In this document: one piece after another, positions 51,807-64,000 of the stretch
Layout: each line of letters begins with the position of its first letter
Numbering within the stretch: position 1 is the first letter of the stretch
Assembly: GCA_022813865.1 (NCBI GenBank)
Contig: JALDZX010000011.1
Span: 62,001 to 126,000, forward strand
Length of the DNA stretch: 64,000 nucleotides
Source of the DNA: Xylographa opegraphella
Taxonomy: Eukaryota
Reading direction: 5' to 3'
Notes under the pieces: generated by a model
Told to the model about the DNA's origin: nothing
Databases searched by the model: none
What the model saw: only the letters and a program-made list of their open reading frames with translations
Made by a program: the position numbers and the translations under genes

Positions 51807-52350
51807 CTTGTGTAGATAAATAAAGGTCTAAAAATACTGAATTTGAAGTACTCGTGGGATCATGTGCAGTTTGACTTGTGACTAAAAAGCAATTTTTTCG
51901 AGGTTTTACCACGTAGTAGATGCTGAGAATCCATGCTGCGAATCATCTCCAGAAATTCTGATATCGGTCAAGCGTAGTGTCAAGAGTCGTCGTCTGTCCA
52001 GAAAGAGGCAATGCGCGATAATACAGGAAGCCTGACTGACAAATAGAGGTAACGTGGGAAAGTGCTGAAAAGCGTTAGCGTCGGTTTCAAGTAGTCCTAT
52101 CATGAGGCCCGAGGCCGATTAGGTCCAAGACCGAAACGTCGGACACAAACGCCAGAGGCTGGGGAACAATCACAGCCTCCCCCACGTCGCGACACAATAC
52201 CGTCAATCGGTTTATTATTTCGCGTTGATGATAACTTCATCACTCTCTTGCAACCCGCACTTGTGAAAGATTACTAGCTCTCAGGAAGCCGGAAATTGGG
52301 AGCTTCTCCACTATGAACCAACCTAGATAACGATAGCTTTCGTCGATGTG

Positions 52351-54604
52351 ATGGACGGGGAATCACAGAAGGAACAAGATGCTCGTGTTGAAAGGCTGTG
52401 GCGTATGTTAGATACCCGGAAAGAAGGGCAGCTGGACCTGAATGGCCTTAAAAAGGGTTTGCGGCAGATAGATCATCGTGGGTAGCCTTCTGCGCAGCGG
52501 CATGTTGGATGTGACTGAATGTGTTCCCAGCACTCAAGGATGCGGACGCCCTACTTCATGATGTTCTTAAGGTTGTTGATACCAATGGAGATGGACAGAT
52601 TCAATATTCTGGTACGCCTTTGGGCATTACAAGCTTCTGGGCTTCTGTCTAACTTAATGCCATAGAATTTCGTACCTTCGTAGAAGCGACCGAGAAAGAG
52701 CTTTGGAAACTGTTCAAGAGCATAGATCGGGACCATAATGGACAACTAGACAAATATGAGCTGCAAGCTGCGTTTTGGCGGGCAGGACTCGTTATTTCCA
52801 AGTCCAAATTCGAAGACTTCTTCGCTGGGATTGATACAAATCATGATGGGGTGATTAGTTTCGATGAATGGCGGTTTGTCCTCTAAATCGCCGACCCAAT
52901 ATGGATGGCTGAAGGCTGGCAGAAACTTTCTACTATTCATTCCTGCTGCCGCACCAGGACTCAAAGCTGTCCTCTCCTACTATTCGTCAGCAGTAATGGT
53001 TAATGCCGAGGGTGATGTGCATATCTCAAATGAGACCGTACAGAGTCTAGGTAGAACCAATTTTCTTGATACTTTCTTTGGTTCCATTACTGCGATTGCA
53101 AATCCACCAGAGTCGCTCAAGCCCAACCCGCATTTTCCAAGTTCTACACCATCACTACGGTCAACACTATCAGTACAAAGTCAGGAACCCGACTATTCAG
53201 AACCTAACACTTTCCCATGGGATCCTGGTGAAGCAATAGAACTTAGCGCACATACTATGAGATTCTCAGAATCTCTTAATGAGGCACATCGAAAACCAAG
53301 GGTACCAATGCTGACGGATTTGTTACCCGACCCAGGCTACTTCGTTGCAGGAGGTATCGCTGGCGTCGTGTCCAGAACGGCTACCGCGCCATTAGATCGT
53401 CTTAAAGTCTACCTCATTGCACAGACTGGAGTCAAACGTGAAGCAGTTCGAGCTGTCCAATCTGGTGATGCTCTCAAGGCGACACAAGTTGCCTCCCGAC
53501 CACTGATAGAAGCTACGAAAGCACTGTGGAGGATGGGTGGCATTCAAAGCATGTTTGCAGGTATAAATAAGTTCTATGCTTATAGTTAGCATATGGTAAC
53601 GAAGGACAGGGAACGGTCTCAACGTTATCAAGGTAATGCCCGAGTCTGCCATCAAATTCGGCTCATACGAGGTTCGTAACGGTCACACATTGGCATGAAA
53701 ATATCAATCTGATTAGCTATCTGTCAACTAGGGTTCCAAACGCGCACTCGCCAAGCTGGAAGGCCACAATGATCCTAAAGCGCTAAAACCATGGGCTCAA
53801 TTCTTCGCTGCTGGTATGGGTGGCATGATATCCCAGTGGGTTTACGTATACGGCTTGTCATTTCAACAACTTACCCATTTGTAGATTCTGTATCTACCCT
53901 CTCGACACCCTGAAATTGTGAGTCTCCTCCCTACGCAGACGAGCGTATATATGATTTACCTACGGTGCGAACACTGCTTTATTCTTTCCCATACCTCTTT
54001 CGACCGGTTATCCTACCACTTTCTATCCATCTCAACTGACAATACCACGTTCCACCTACTTCCCTCCTGGCTGACCATCCTCAGCCGCGTACAGAACGAA
54101 ACTACCAAAGGCGGCCTCCACGGCAACGCTCTAATCATCTCTACTGCTCGCAAAATGCTCGCTACGCACGGCCTCCGCTCTTTCTACCGCGGTCTCCCCA
54201 TGGGCCTTGTCGGCATGTTTCCATACTCCGCCATCGATCTCACCACCTTCGAGTACCTCAAACGTTTCATCACTACCCGCAACGCTACGCGCCGCCATGT
54301 CCACGAAGACGACGCCGCCCCAGGAAATGTCATGACAGCGGGTATCGGCGCCTTCAGTGGCGCGCTGGGCGCAAGCGTTGTTTACCCGATCAACCTGCTA
54401 CGCACGAGACTGCAAAGCCAAGGGACGGCAATTCACCCGCCTACGTACACGGGGGTGTGGGATGTGGCGGTTAGGACGGTCAAGGGAGAGGGCTGGCAGG
54501 GCTTATTCAAGGGCATCACGCCAAACTTGCTGAAGGTGGTGCCGGCTGTGAGCATCACGTACGTTATATACGACAACTCGAAGAAGTTGCTAGGATTGCG
54601 GTGA
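52351..54604 (+). CDS. SAL1: Calcium-binding mitochondrial carrier (EF-hands plus carrier domain), Sal1/SCaMC-like
   Basis: EF-hands DTNGDGQI, DRDHNGQLD, DTNHDGVISFDEW. Carrier signatures PLDRLKV, YPLDTLK, YPINLLRTRLQ. Multi-exon. Confidence 0.93.
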
Positions 54605-55184
54605 CCGTGGGGTGAGGTTGTTGAGGGGTGAGTTGAAGTGCCTTGGTGTGCTATATAGACAGAGGTCCAAATGCAACCTTTGTGAGAGATAGATATGGCT
54701 GCGGAAAGTGTCCCTTATCGTGATCACTCTGCCACAAACTGATCATCATTGTTGAGCCACCGAGCTGTAGTGTAAGTTGCGCAAGGCACAGCATCAAGCT
54801 TCTTGAGATCACTTTGCTCCCCACAACGCAGCGTCTGCGATCAGGGCTACCCAACACCGGACTGTTCAGCTTGCAGTTGATCAGATGTATACACGATCAT
54901 GCTTCAGTATACTTAACAATATATAGAAGTATCCTCAATTTATCGGGAGTCCGTTTGATTAAACTAGAGAGTTGATGGGCAATCAAACAACAATAGCACC
55001 ACGGGTGCAGGATGCTTAGAAGGAGCTGGCTCGGTCGCCTAGATCAATCCTTTCCAGAGATTAGAACAGAAGTACTGACTGCAGGACCCAATCCAGGAAT
55101 ACTTACGGTCTTACTCCCGTCGAAGTCTGGATCATCCCCAATCTAAGTACAAATCCCGCTCCTGTATCTCCAAAATGCATGCCT

Positions 55185-55580
55185 TCAGTCGGTCTCCTGT
55201 ATCCCACTGGTAGTCTCCTGTACCAGCAAGAAAGCTATGCCCGCCAATCCTGCGACCGGCATGCTCAGCCACCAGTAGCCCACGACCAAGTCCCACCAAT
55301 CGACATTGAAGCCACCGGCGAAAGCAATAGCAAGCGCAACTGCGACCCCTATTCCAACGATTTGAGTTTGCGATTGTAGGATGTCCACCCCAAGAAACCA
55401 GGCGCCGAAGAGGCCGCAGCAAAGAAGAAAAAGGAGGACAAAGGTAGACTGAATTTTCCGTGGAACCGAAGCTTCGTCGAGGCTTGGTAGGACCTCAGGG
55501 TCGGTGATCACATTGTAGGCATCTTTTGGGGTGAGACCGGTGTGCTCCGTATGCCGGGGGGCTTTTTCTTTGGAGGACAT
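55185..55580 (-). CDS. Small hypothetical membrane protein (131 aa, about 3 TM)
   Basis: ATG-initiated ORF with three hydrophobic stretches; divergent from the FSH gene. Confidence 0.6.
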   Translation of the reverse strand: MSSKEKAPRHTEHTGLTPKDAYNVITDPEVLPSLDEASVPRKIQSTFVLLFLLCCGLFGAWFLGVDILQSQTQIVGIGVAVALAIAFAGGFNVDWWDLVVGYWWLSMPVAGLAGIAFLLVQETTSGIQETD

Positions 55581-56098
55581 GGTGAGCGCGCTGTTTGCGA
55601 TCGCGAGTAGAATTGGGCAGGACCGAGTAATCGGAGATGTTCACAATCACTGTCGCAAGGCACACAGAACTTGGATAAGAACAGTGCAGAGAAAGAACCG
55701 GCTTGTAAGTCGAGTTTATGTCGCGAGAGCTGGAAAGATTGAGGCGCGTTGCGGAATCGCCGGTGTACTAATGTAGGTACCTGACCTAGGACTATCCTAG
55801 TTAGAGCCTTGGCAGCAGCATTGAGCCTCGCCTTTCATGCAACCTCATGCTTATCCTCCTGCGCTAGACATCTCGCTCACCGACTGTGGACCGACCGATT
55901 GTTTCCGCTTGAATCCTCCCATGCCGAAAATTTCAATGTCGAATCCAACACCCGCGATACCACTTTGGTGTCGGGATTTTTCACCAACTGGAAGCTGAGA
56001 TACTCCTCAGAATATGCCATATCTATATCTGCTTTAGCTATCTAAGCTCACGGAGGTGCTGCTTGTATTACGGCTTATCGAGTGCCTGCTTCACCACT

Positions 56099-56967
56099 AT
56101 GCGCTTCCTCTGCCTTCATGGTTATGGTACCAGTGCCGATATCTTCAAAACCCAGACATGTACTGCTCCCTACTTCTTCCCCATTGGGTCTCTCACTAAA
56201 TTCCTTCTTCGACAGCCGCCTTCCGTGCGAAGCTCACAATCTATCCACCCCCAACCTTCGACTTCATCAATGGCCCCTTTCCTTCACTTCCCGCTGCGGG
56301 CATCGATCTCTTCTATCCCCCACCATACTATTCTTTTTACGCCTCTGCCTCTGTCCCCGCGCTCAATGACGCGCACGACTGGCTATTAGAATACATCGCA
56401 AAACATGGGCCCTACGACGCAGTAATGACCTTTTCCCAAGGCGGCGTCCTTGCTTCCAGTTTGTTATTGAGCCACTTCATTAACAAACCTCACCTACTCT
56501 CGCCCTTTAAGCTTGCCGTGTTCATCTGCAGTGGGTTACACCTTTCAATACTCGACGAGTTAGGGCTACCCGTCGGCCCGAAGGCGTGGGATCTTGACAA
56601 AAGGTCCAAGCAAGCTCTGGCTATTCAAGCAAGCTCAGAGTCGATACTTGCGCAGGGACATGAGCGATGGACTGGTATCGAATCGGCGGAGCCAACGGAA
56701 GGCGAGGTGCTGGAGACGGATGTTTATGGGTTGGACTTCACCCAATATCCGAAGGAATGGCGTATCAGAATACCAACAGTACATGTCTATGGAAAGAAGG
56801 ATCCGCGGTGCCCAGCGAGTATACAGCTGGCATGGTTTTGCGAGGAGGGCAAGAGGAGGGAGTACGATCATGGCGCAGGTCACGAGGTTCCTCGGAAGCG
56901 AGAGGTCAGTGTAGCTATCGCCGAGGCGGTCGAATGGGGGGTAAAGATGGCTGGTAAAGGGATATAA
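56099..56967 (+). CDS. Serine hydrolase FSH1 family (DUF341)
   Basis: MRFLCLHGYGTS, GPYDAVMTFSQGG, IPTVHVYGKKD, DHGAGHEVP. One short intron near 56159-56215. Confidence 0.9.
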
Positions 56968-57455
56968 TTCCTACGCCGGCCCATCTGGTTGCTGGCAGTG
57001 TTTCTATTCGTGCCAGAAGCCTATGGAAATTGGAGCTCCCAAGCCTGATACAATGACTAAAAAGAGGAGATATTGAGATGAATCTGAGATCGATGCATAG
57101 ACTCAATTGGGAGATCGGGGCAATCACTATTTATAGAACTCTACACATAGACAACAGAAACGAGACTAATGCAAGAAGTTCTCTGTGGTCAGGTCGGCCT
57201 CGACTTCTAGAATATTGAGGCTGTTCGCTCTAAGCTCTATTGGAGCAGAGCACTTCGCTGGATAAATACCTGGGCTAGACACATAGGCGAGCTCCATGAG
57301 TCCGCTAACTACATATGTACAAGCTTGTCCGGAATCAGGGTTAAAAGCACGATTTTCATCTCTTTCCCCTCGACTTAATTTCCTTCAAATTATACAGCTT
57401 TCTTTAAGACGAATTTACCTGATATCTACAATTGAGGAGCCTAAAAAGGCAGTGA

Positions 57456-58990
57456 ATGTTGAGCGATCTAATCAAAGCAGAGGACACCTGCCTAACCAAC
57501 CACAATGATGACCCAGATCCAAGCTGCATGCTCTCCCGGGGTGTGGACGAAGAGGCTACGTTTGGGAACACGAGAAACATCTCCGGAGGAAAGGTGGACC
57601 CATTGAGTAAAGATCTCGAGTTAACCACTCTGCATTCTCCTTCCGAGGATTCGGACAGAAATGACAATTTCCCTGAAGGCGGAGCCCGCGCCTGGTCTGT
57701 CGTCTTCGGGTCAACCTGTGCCTTGACTGCACTTTTTGGGGTCATCAATAGTACCGCCGTGTTTCAACAATATCTTAGCAGCCATCAGCTTTCTAATTAT
57801 GGGGCCGGCCCAATTGGCTGGATCTTCAGCTTCGGATTGTTCATGACCTTCTTTGGAGGCGTACAAGTAGGGCCTCTTTTCGATGCCAAGGGACCAAGGG
57901 TCTTGATGCTTACCGGAAGTACGCTATTGTTTCTGTCCATGATACTTTTGGGGGAATGTACCAGTATGTTTTCTGATAAGCAGTCCTTGGTAGTGAAACT
58001 ATGTTATACTGACCGCGATTTTAGAGTATTGGCATTTTTTCACGGTTTATGGCTTGGTCGGTGGCCTTGGCGGTGCTCTCATAAATACGCCTGCCGTAGC
58101 GTGTGTGGGTCACTTCTTCCTCGTCAAGCGCGGAACTGCGATGGGCATAGCATTCACAAGCGGGTCAATTGGTGGTATTGTCTTCCCGTTGATGCTGCAG
58201 CAACTCTTCCCACTTGTCGGCTTTGCGTGGAGCACTCGAATACTGGCATTTGTTTTACTTATAATGCTTGTTCTTGCGAATCTTCTCGTGAAGAGTCGAC
58301 TTCCACCAACACCTGGAGGACGTGTTCTACCGGACTTCTCAGTCTTCAAAGACATGGCTTTGACATTCTGCACGCTCGGCATCTTCTTCATGGAATGGGG
58401 ACTATTCGTTCCATTGGCCTACATTAGTTCTTATGCTGTTGACCATGGCCGCAGCACCGCCTTTGGTTTCCAAATTGTGTCGGTACTTAATGCGGGTTCG
58501 TTCTTTGGTCGCTGGCTTCCGGGCCTTGTGTCCGACAAGATTGGAAGGTACAATACTATTATCATCACCATAATACTATGTATTGTGACACTCTTCGGTT
58601 TCTGGCTACCAGCCCAGAATTCCGAGGTAATTCTTATCTTGTTCGCGACGTTCTTCGGCTTCGCTAGCGGGAGCAATCTTGGATTGGCTCCCGTGGTTGT
58701 GGGGCAGTTGTGCAAGACAGAAAACTACGGCCGCTACTACGCTACGTGCTACACGATTGTCAGCTTTGGGTACGTGAAACCCGCATTCGCACACGAGAAA
58801 GTATTCTTCTTTGGCTAACTGCAACAGGACCTTGACTGGCGTGCCGATCGCCGGCCAGATATTGTCGACAAGCAATGGCTCATATGCAGGCCTCATCATC
58901 TTTGCTGGAGTTTCCTACGTGGCAGCCCTAGCCTGCTTCATCGTTTCGCGTGCTTCTAGAGTAGGTCTCGCAGTGTGCGCTACATGGTAG
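57456..58990 (+). CDS. MFS monocarboxylate-porter (MCH) family transporter
   Basis: FPEGGARAWSVVFG, GPLFDAKGPR, HFFLVKRGTAMGI...GGIVFP, GRWLPGLVSDKIGR. Two introns. Confidence 0.92.
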
Positions 58991-60765
58991 GCACCCATAG
59001 TTTCCGGAGCCACAACTGCAATAGCAGTATTTCAAAAAGATTGGTGGATTGAGGGGAAATGTCCACTTGGGATCTGTAAGAGGAGGAGCATCAGTGGAAC
59101 AGTATACTGTTCCGTTGGAGCTTCAAGCCTGGTTCTCGTTGTAGGGAAATTATGCGGATCTGAAGAGTGCAATATCTGCGGCCACGAATCTCTACCACCA
59201 GCACTATCTTTCGTGAGAAGAATATTTATTATTCGCTGTTAACTAAAAATTAGAAAGTATGCCCGGAAGTGTCAGCACCGAAATCAATTGAGTTCTATCA
59301 TTCGACATATCATGGCTCGTCGGCTGATCTTCATCGACAACGCAGTCATGGAGTTACAAGGAATAGCCCAGGCGTTCATTCGCAATAAAACAGAGTTACT
59401 GGGGGTACGAGCGCCAACGCGCCTTGACAGTTGGCTCTGCTACGGGGAAGATCTCTTCTCAATGTATATTCCAGGTAGACTTTTGTGGGATTTGTAGTGG
59501 ATCTCAATGTTCTTGCAGCGTACTAGTTCGCCTGTTCATCTGCATTGATGCACGGGCCACATTTGATGCCCTTATTCTGCCCTGATGCCTAGCACTAGCG
59601 TTATCGCCAGCCACTAGCGGGACATTCTCTGCAGCATGCAATATGTAAGGTATGCCGAGGTTTTGTTCTTCTGTTTGACCATAATGAGGCTCGGCATTAT
59701 CTTAGGCATTATGCTGATGATGTATTCTTGAACTCAGGGGCCGGAAGTCCGAATGCTGAATTCTATGCCTGTGGAAAAGGGTTGACAAAAGGAATGCTCG
59801 TCATATAACCATGGCGGTCTCCGAGCGGTGCTGGGTTGTTCCATCCACAATGTTGATGTCGACTGCAAGACTGGGAAAGAACCTCGTCTTGGACGGGCGA
59901 GAGAGGCTTACGCATAGCCTATGCTATAGCGGCTGATAGCGTATCCTACAGTGGATCCAGGATGTGAACATACATAGGACGTGCTCGCGCACCATATGTC
60001 AGAGCTGTAAACGCATAAAACGCTCGTACTCCGATGGCGACTTATAAGGATAAAGCCTGTGGCGAGTTCTCCTTCAATTGACTGCTCGGAAGGGTGTCCT
60101 TGACAACCATTTCTCTGGCCTTAGCTTCTCATTTGTGTCTCCTTAGGTCTTATGAGTACTGGAAGTACGAAGTACCCTAAAATGCCATTGAGGGACGAAA
60201 CTTCCCTGAGCATACATGAACCGAATGGATTCCACACCGGGAGACTGGAGTTCCCTTTCCTTTCATATTTCGTTGTCCTCTTCTGGTTCTCCTGACGTCG
60301 AATTTCTCCCTCTGTCCATAAAACACAGCGATTATTGCATTGCCGTTCGTGTTCAGACTGCGTCTGTCTGTCAGGAGCAGCTCCATTGGGCTCTTTCGGC
60401 TGTAATATCCATCGATAGGTCATTTATCCCAGTGTTCGCTATTGTTTCTTAATTCCTGTTCGGCACTGATGCGAGCTATACGATTTGCACGAAACAATTG
60501 ATAACCCGTCTTTATTGAACAGCAGATATATACTGCATAGCTAACGCCTTGCGTCTGGTCGATGTCTGTATAGTGACAGCAATGGAATTAGCTTCTCCCC
60601 AATAGCAGGCCTGGGGATGAGACGAACAGTACTATGATATCCCATGCGGTCAAAGGCAATTTCCAACAATGCGTTCCACATGAACAGGTTGAAAGTGCAT
60701 TTATTTTTCTCGAGAGCTCGAAAACAGGACGTTGTGACACCTGGCACTCAAGTTATTAGCTTTGG

Positions 60766-61170
60766 CGAGCCGCGACTGAGCGTGTACAATTATGGATTGC
60801 CAAAGAGATATTAGGGGTGTAGAGCACAGTGGCACAAAAGAAACTGATTGAAGATGTTAGAGTAGTGCCGGTGCAACACGTGTTGATCCAGTACGGCCGT
60901 GATTCGCTAAACATGCCTCTAATGACAGTCTTTCAAGAAGCCAAAAAAGATCAGACCAAAAAGCAAAAAGTTCAGATGCGCAGTGCATCCTATGAAAACA
61001 ACTGTATAGGCGTCTTTTTCCCACAAGGCCAAGAGGACAGCATTTTTTCAGCTAATCGCTCTCACCAGGAATCGATCACCCGACCTTGTGTGTCATGGTG
61101 CTCTAAGCAGCCACGCTTAACCCGTTAAGCTAAATCAGCTCTCCGGATCGGTGAAGGAAACTGTTCTTAT
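60766..61170. repeat. Diverged direct repeat, copy 1 (contains tRNA-like head)
   Basis: Shares collinear blocks with 61370-61720: gcgactgagcg, ttgatccagtac, gattcgctaaacat, tatgaaaac, catggtgctcta, gcagccacgcttaa, ccggatcggtgaagg. Confidence 0.85.
61057..61139 (-). pseudogene. Degenerate tRNA-like sequence (copy 1)
   Basis: D-arm/A-box tagcttaacgggttaagc is intact; the T-arm and acceptor stem are damaged. Confidence 0.55.
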
Positions 61171-61369
61171 TACGTTTATATCCTTAATGCCCACCTTCGC
61201 ATTCATGTGCTGATACTGCTCTCTATATTGTCTCGTTGATTTTTATGAGCTGCTAGACCAGTGGTTTCTACAAATCCCATTTATCTGCATCACACCTCTC
61301 TTTTTACCCTCCCTTTTCCCCTCCCTTTACCCTTTCGCTCCCTCCACAAGATCCAAAAAGCCAAACAGC

Positions 61370-61720
61370 CGAGCAGCGACTGAGCGCATTGATTTATGGA
61401 ATTCTAGACAGATGTCAAATTAGAGAGGTCTGTAGCATAAAAGAAGATGATTGAAAAGCGTTGATCCAGTACAACCGCGATTCGCTAAACATAGCCCTGA
61501 AGGCAGTCGTTCAAAAAGCAAAAAAGTTCGGATACCCGAAGGTATCTTATGAAAACTACTGTACTATGAGTGGTTTTGCTACAATGTCAAAGAGCGCAAC
61601 GGGCCTTTCACCGCCCTCTCCAGGTTTCGAACCTGGGACCTTATCTCATGGTGCTCTATAGCAGCCACGCTTAATCCATTAAGCTAAGCTTTCCGGATCG
61701 GTGAAGGTAATTGCTCTTTC
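61370..61720. repeat. Diverged direct repeat, copy 2 (contains tRNA-like head)
   Basis: Collinear similarity to 60766-61170, with indels. Confidence 0.85.
61612..61693 (-). pseudogene. Degenerate tRNA-like sequence (copy 2)
   Basis: Perfect D stem (gctt-aatggatt-aagc) and T arm/B-box (ccagg-ttcgaaa-cctgg). The 5' acceptor strand is broken (4 nt shorter than copy 1) and there is no clean anticodon arm. Confidence 0.7.
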
Positions 61721-63133
61721 CTAAAATATATACCAATTATCATACACCCAAATAGACTTTCTGTCTTTCCTTGCACTCTCGGTGCAAGCCACACAGATGC
61801 TCTCACACCATCATATGGTGCTGCTAAGCCTGAACATGTCTGCCGCATGCAACACAACTTGTTATCCCTTATTCCCACTTCACATGCTTCTCTAGCTCTG
61901 TATCCTACTCAGCATACCGGTTACGCAAATCGTACCTCCTCCATATCATCTCTCCTCGACTCGAGTTACTGATCTCTTATGCAACTCGCTCAACTACATT
62001 TTGCTTGCTGAAGGCATCATTCCCTCATACGATGGTCTAGAGACTGAATGTTTGGATAGAACTGAAATCGGAGAATGAAACCGTGGGTGAACACAGGTAG
62101 CGAGATCTAGGAAAAACGATAGCCTCGATCAAGCTGCTGCAGCCTACAATAATCATTGTTGTGTCTCTCCTTGATTCGAGAATCATGTCAATCGTGGCCT
62201 ATGCTATGAAAAAGAGGTTTTGTGCTAGAATGAACTTCGGTAGGCCTTGTTTCCCTTCTTTCTGTTCGATTGTGTCGAGGTCTACAGATTTAGCTACGCA
62301 TGTGTAACGTTGCACAAGTTACACAAGGTAGTTTATCCTAGTCATTCTAGGTCCTCTGCCGCTCCACCGCTGCTCCGCTTGCGTCTCAACCTCATTATTC
62401 ACTCAAACTCGCGACTGGGCGTCCGTTCCATAGAGGTGATTGCAGTCGAAGATACATAGTGCAGAGGACGAGCTCCTTCACAACCACCGCCATCCGGTGC
62501 GCTAGACTTGGTACCCACTTCTGCGTTCTCCTTGAGAACTCAGCCTCCAGTGTCCCTCACCAGGCTCCTGTATCTCTCAAACTCGATGCACTTCCCACTT
62601 TCTCTACGTACAATATTTCAGCGAGTCACCGCCTCAAACGGAGGATTGTGCTTTCGTGCGCTTGGCAGTGTCACACCATTCGTGGCGGTAATACTGTTAC
62701 TGCTCTCGCTCCAAGCGAGGAACAGAAGCACAGCAAGCGGAGACAGCCTCCATCAGGGGCTATGAAGAACAACGACGACGGTCTCAAAATTTGATCTACA
62801 ATGGCGGCACAAGTGACTATGCAGTAGATATGAGACACAGATGTCATACCAAATGCTTTGTAGGACGAAGCGATTGTGTTTCCACGACTTCGCCTGACTG
62901 CCCTAAAATGGAGTAGTATTCGCCAAGCTCTGATTGGGGCTCTTAACCTAATCTCCGTTAGCACATCCCCACCCGGCTACAAGCGCTTCGCGTCGGCCAT
63001 CCAAATCCGCATTCTTCACATCTCTCCTCTCATCCCTTGCCGGCTCTCCTCCCCCAGCTACACACTATCTTCCTCTGCTCCTCCCTCTGTCTGTATTAGC
63101 TATAGAGCACTGCTCTAACCATCCCGCTCCACA

Positions 63134-64000
63134 ATGACCGCCACTCCAGAAACGACCGCCCCCCCTGCCCACCTACCTCTCTCCACCTCCTCTACGCTTC
63201 AACTCGTCCACCCCACAGCCGCCGAGAAGGATGCCACATGGCGCATCAACGGCGCCACCTGGCGCGGCGCTCTCTCCATCGAATCCTACCTGCGCCGCGA
63301 ACACTACCTTGCCGCTCAACCCTTGACCCAAAACGGAGGCATCACATACTGGATCCTGGTCGACTCTGCGGAATCACCAGCTTCCGCTGACCCAGAAAGT
63401 AAGCTCCCCCTCCCTTTTCATCAGCACATTTCCACCCGCCGGTGCGCGCGCCCCCTGCAACGACGGATCGCCCAGCTCACAACCCTCTTTCCCGTAGGTC
63501 CCCCAACCCGCACGATCCTCTCCTCCTGCGAATCGCTCCGCAAGCGCGCTCTCGTCGCCCACCGCGCCTCCGCCCCCACCGTCAGTGCCATCACCGCGCA
63601 CGGCATCGGCTCCGTGTTCTGCGCGCCGGTGCTCCGCAAGCGCGGCTACGCCGGACGCATGATGGCGGAGCTGAACCGGGCGCTGGCGACGCACCAGCAG
63701 GCGGACGGGCAGAAGAGCCTGTTCAACGTGCTGTACAGCGATATCGGGAAGCAGTTCTACGCGCGCAGGGGCTGGCATGCGCGGGAGAGCAGACACGTGG
63801 CGCTGCCGGCTGTGCCGGAAGCAGGGGAGGAGAAGGGAACGACAGCGAGGGCGTTGTATGCGGCTGATCTGCGGGCATTGTGCGAAGCGGATGAGAGGCT
63901 TTTGAGGAGAAAGATGGGGAGGTGGGGGGAGGGAGGGCCGGATACGAGGGTGGCGTTTGTGCCGGATGTGGAGACTGTGGGGTGGCATCATGCGAGGGAA
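63134..64000 (+). CDS. GNAT acetyltransferase, LYC1 (lysine N6-acetyltransferase)-like; runs off the window
   Basis: WRGALSIESYLRRE, GITYWILV, ILSSCESLRK, GIGSVFC...RKRGYAGRMM, VLYSDIGKQFYARRGW. One intron from about 63399. Confidence 0.85.
   Translation, partial: MTATPETTAPPAHLPLSTSSTLQLVHPTAAEKDATWRINGATWRGALSIESYLRREHYLAAQPLTQNGGITYWILVDSAESPASADPESKLPLPFHQHISTRRCARPLQRRIAQLTTLFPVGPPTRTILSSCESLRKRALVAHRASAPTVSAITAHGIGSVFCAPVLRKRGYAGRMMAELNRALATHQQADGQKSLFNVLYSDIGKQFYARRGWHARESRHVALPAVPEAGEEKGTTARALYAADLRALCEADERLLRRKMGRWGEGGPDTRVAFVPDVETVGWHHARE

Noticed and set aside
61612..61693. Functional tRNA gene
   Set aside because: The acceptor stem does not pair and no canonical anticodon arm can be folded, so it is called a pseudogene.
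1..64000. Transposase, retroelement, Starship captain or secondary-metabolite backbone genes
   Set aside because: No such motifs were seen in any frame.

Overview
Intron-rich nuclear DNA of a filamentous ascomycete (Pezizomycotina), with about 19 protein-coding genes. Conserved housekeeping genes lie at the left (KCS1-like inositol kinase, VPS11) and right (SSN8/cyclin C, SAL1-like Ca-binding mitochondrial carrier, FSH1-family hydrolase, MFS transporter, LYC1-like GNAT). They bracket a ~23 kb accessory block (about 19.0-42.0 kb) that looks like an antagonism/defence island. Its core is an 8-exon subgroup-C (killer-toxin-type) GH18 chitinase gene of ~1650 codons. The protein ends, after a KR (Kex2-type) site, in a ~324-aa domain with an HNH/His-Me-finger-like signature, which suggests a chitinase-delivered polymorphic toxin. 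The gene is head-to-head with a secreted 6xLysM protein, followed by an orphan cytoplasmic gene (candidate immunity), two stand-alone HET-domain genes, a secreted SGNH esterase and an orphan secreted prepro-protein. The chitinase carries one in-frame TAA right after the catalytic domain, while the ~1110 downstream codons remain open. Also present are a ~2200-aa secreted beta-propeller/Ig-like/8xWSC protein and a diverged direct repeat carrying two tRNA-like heads. All calls come from reading the sequence by eye; no database searches were run.
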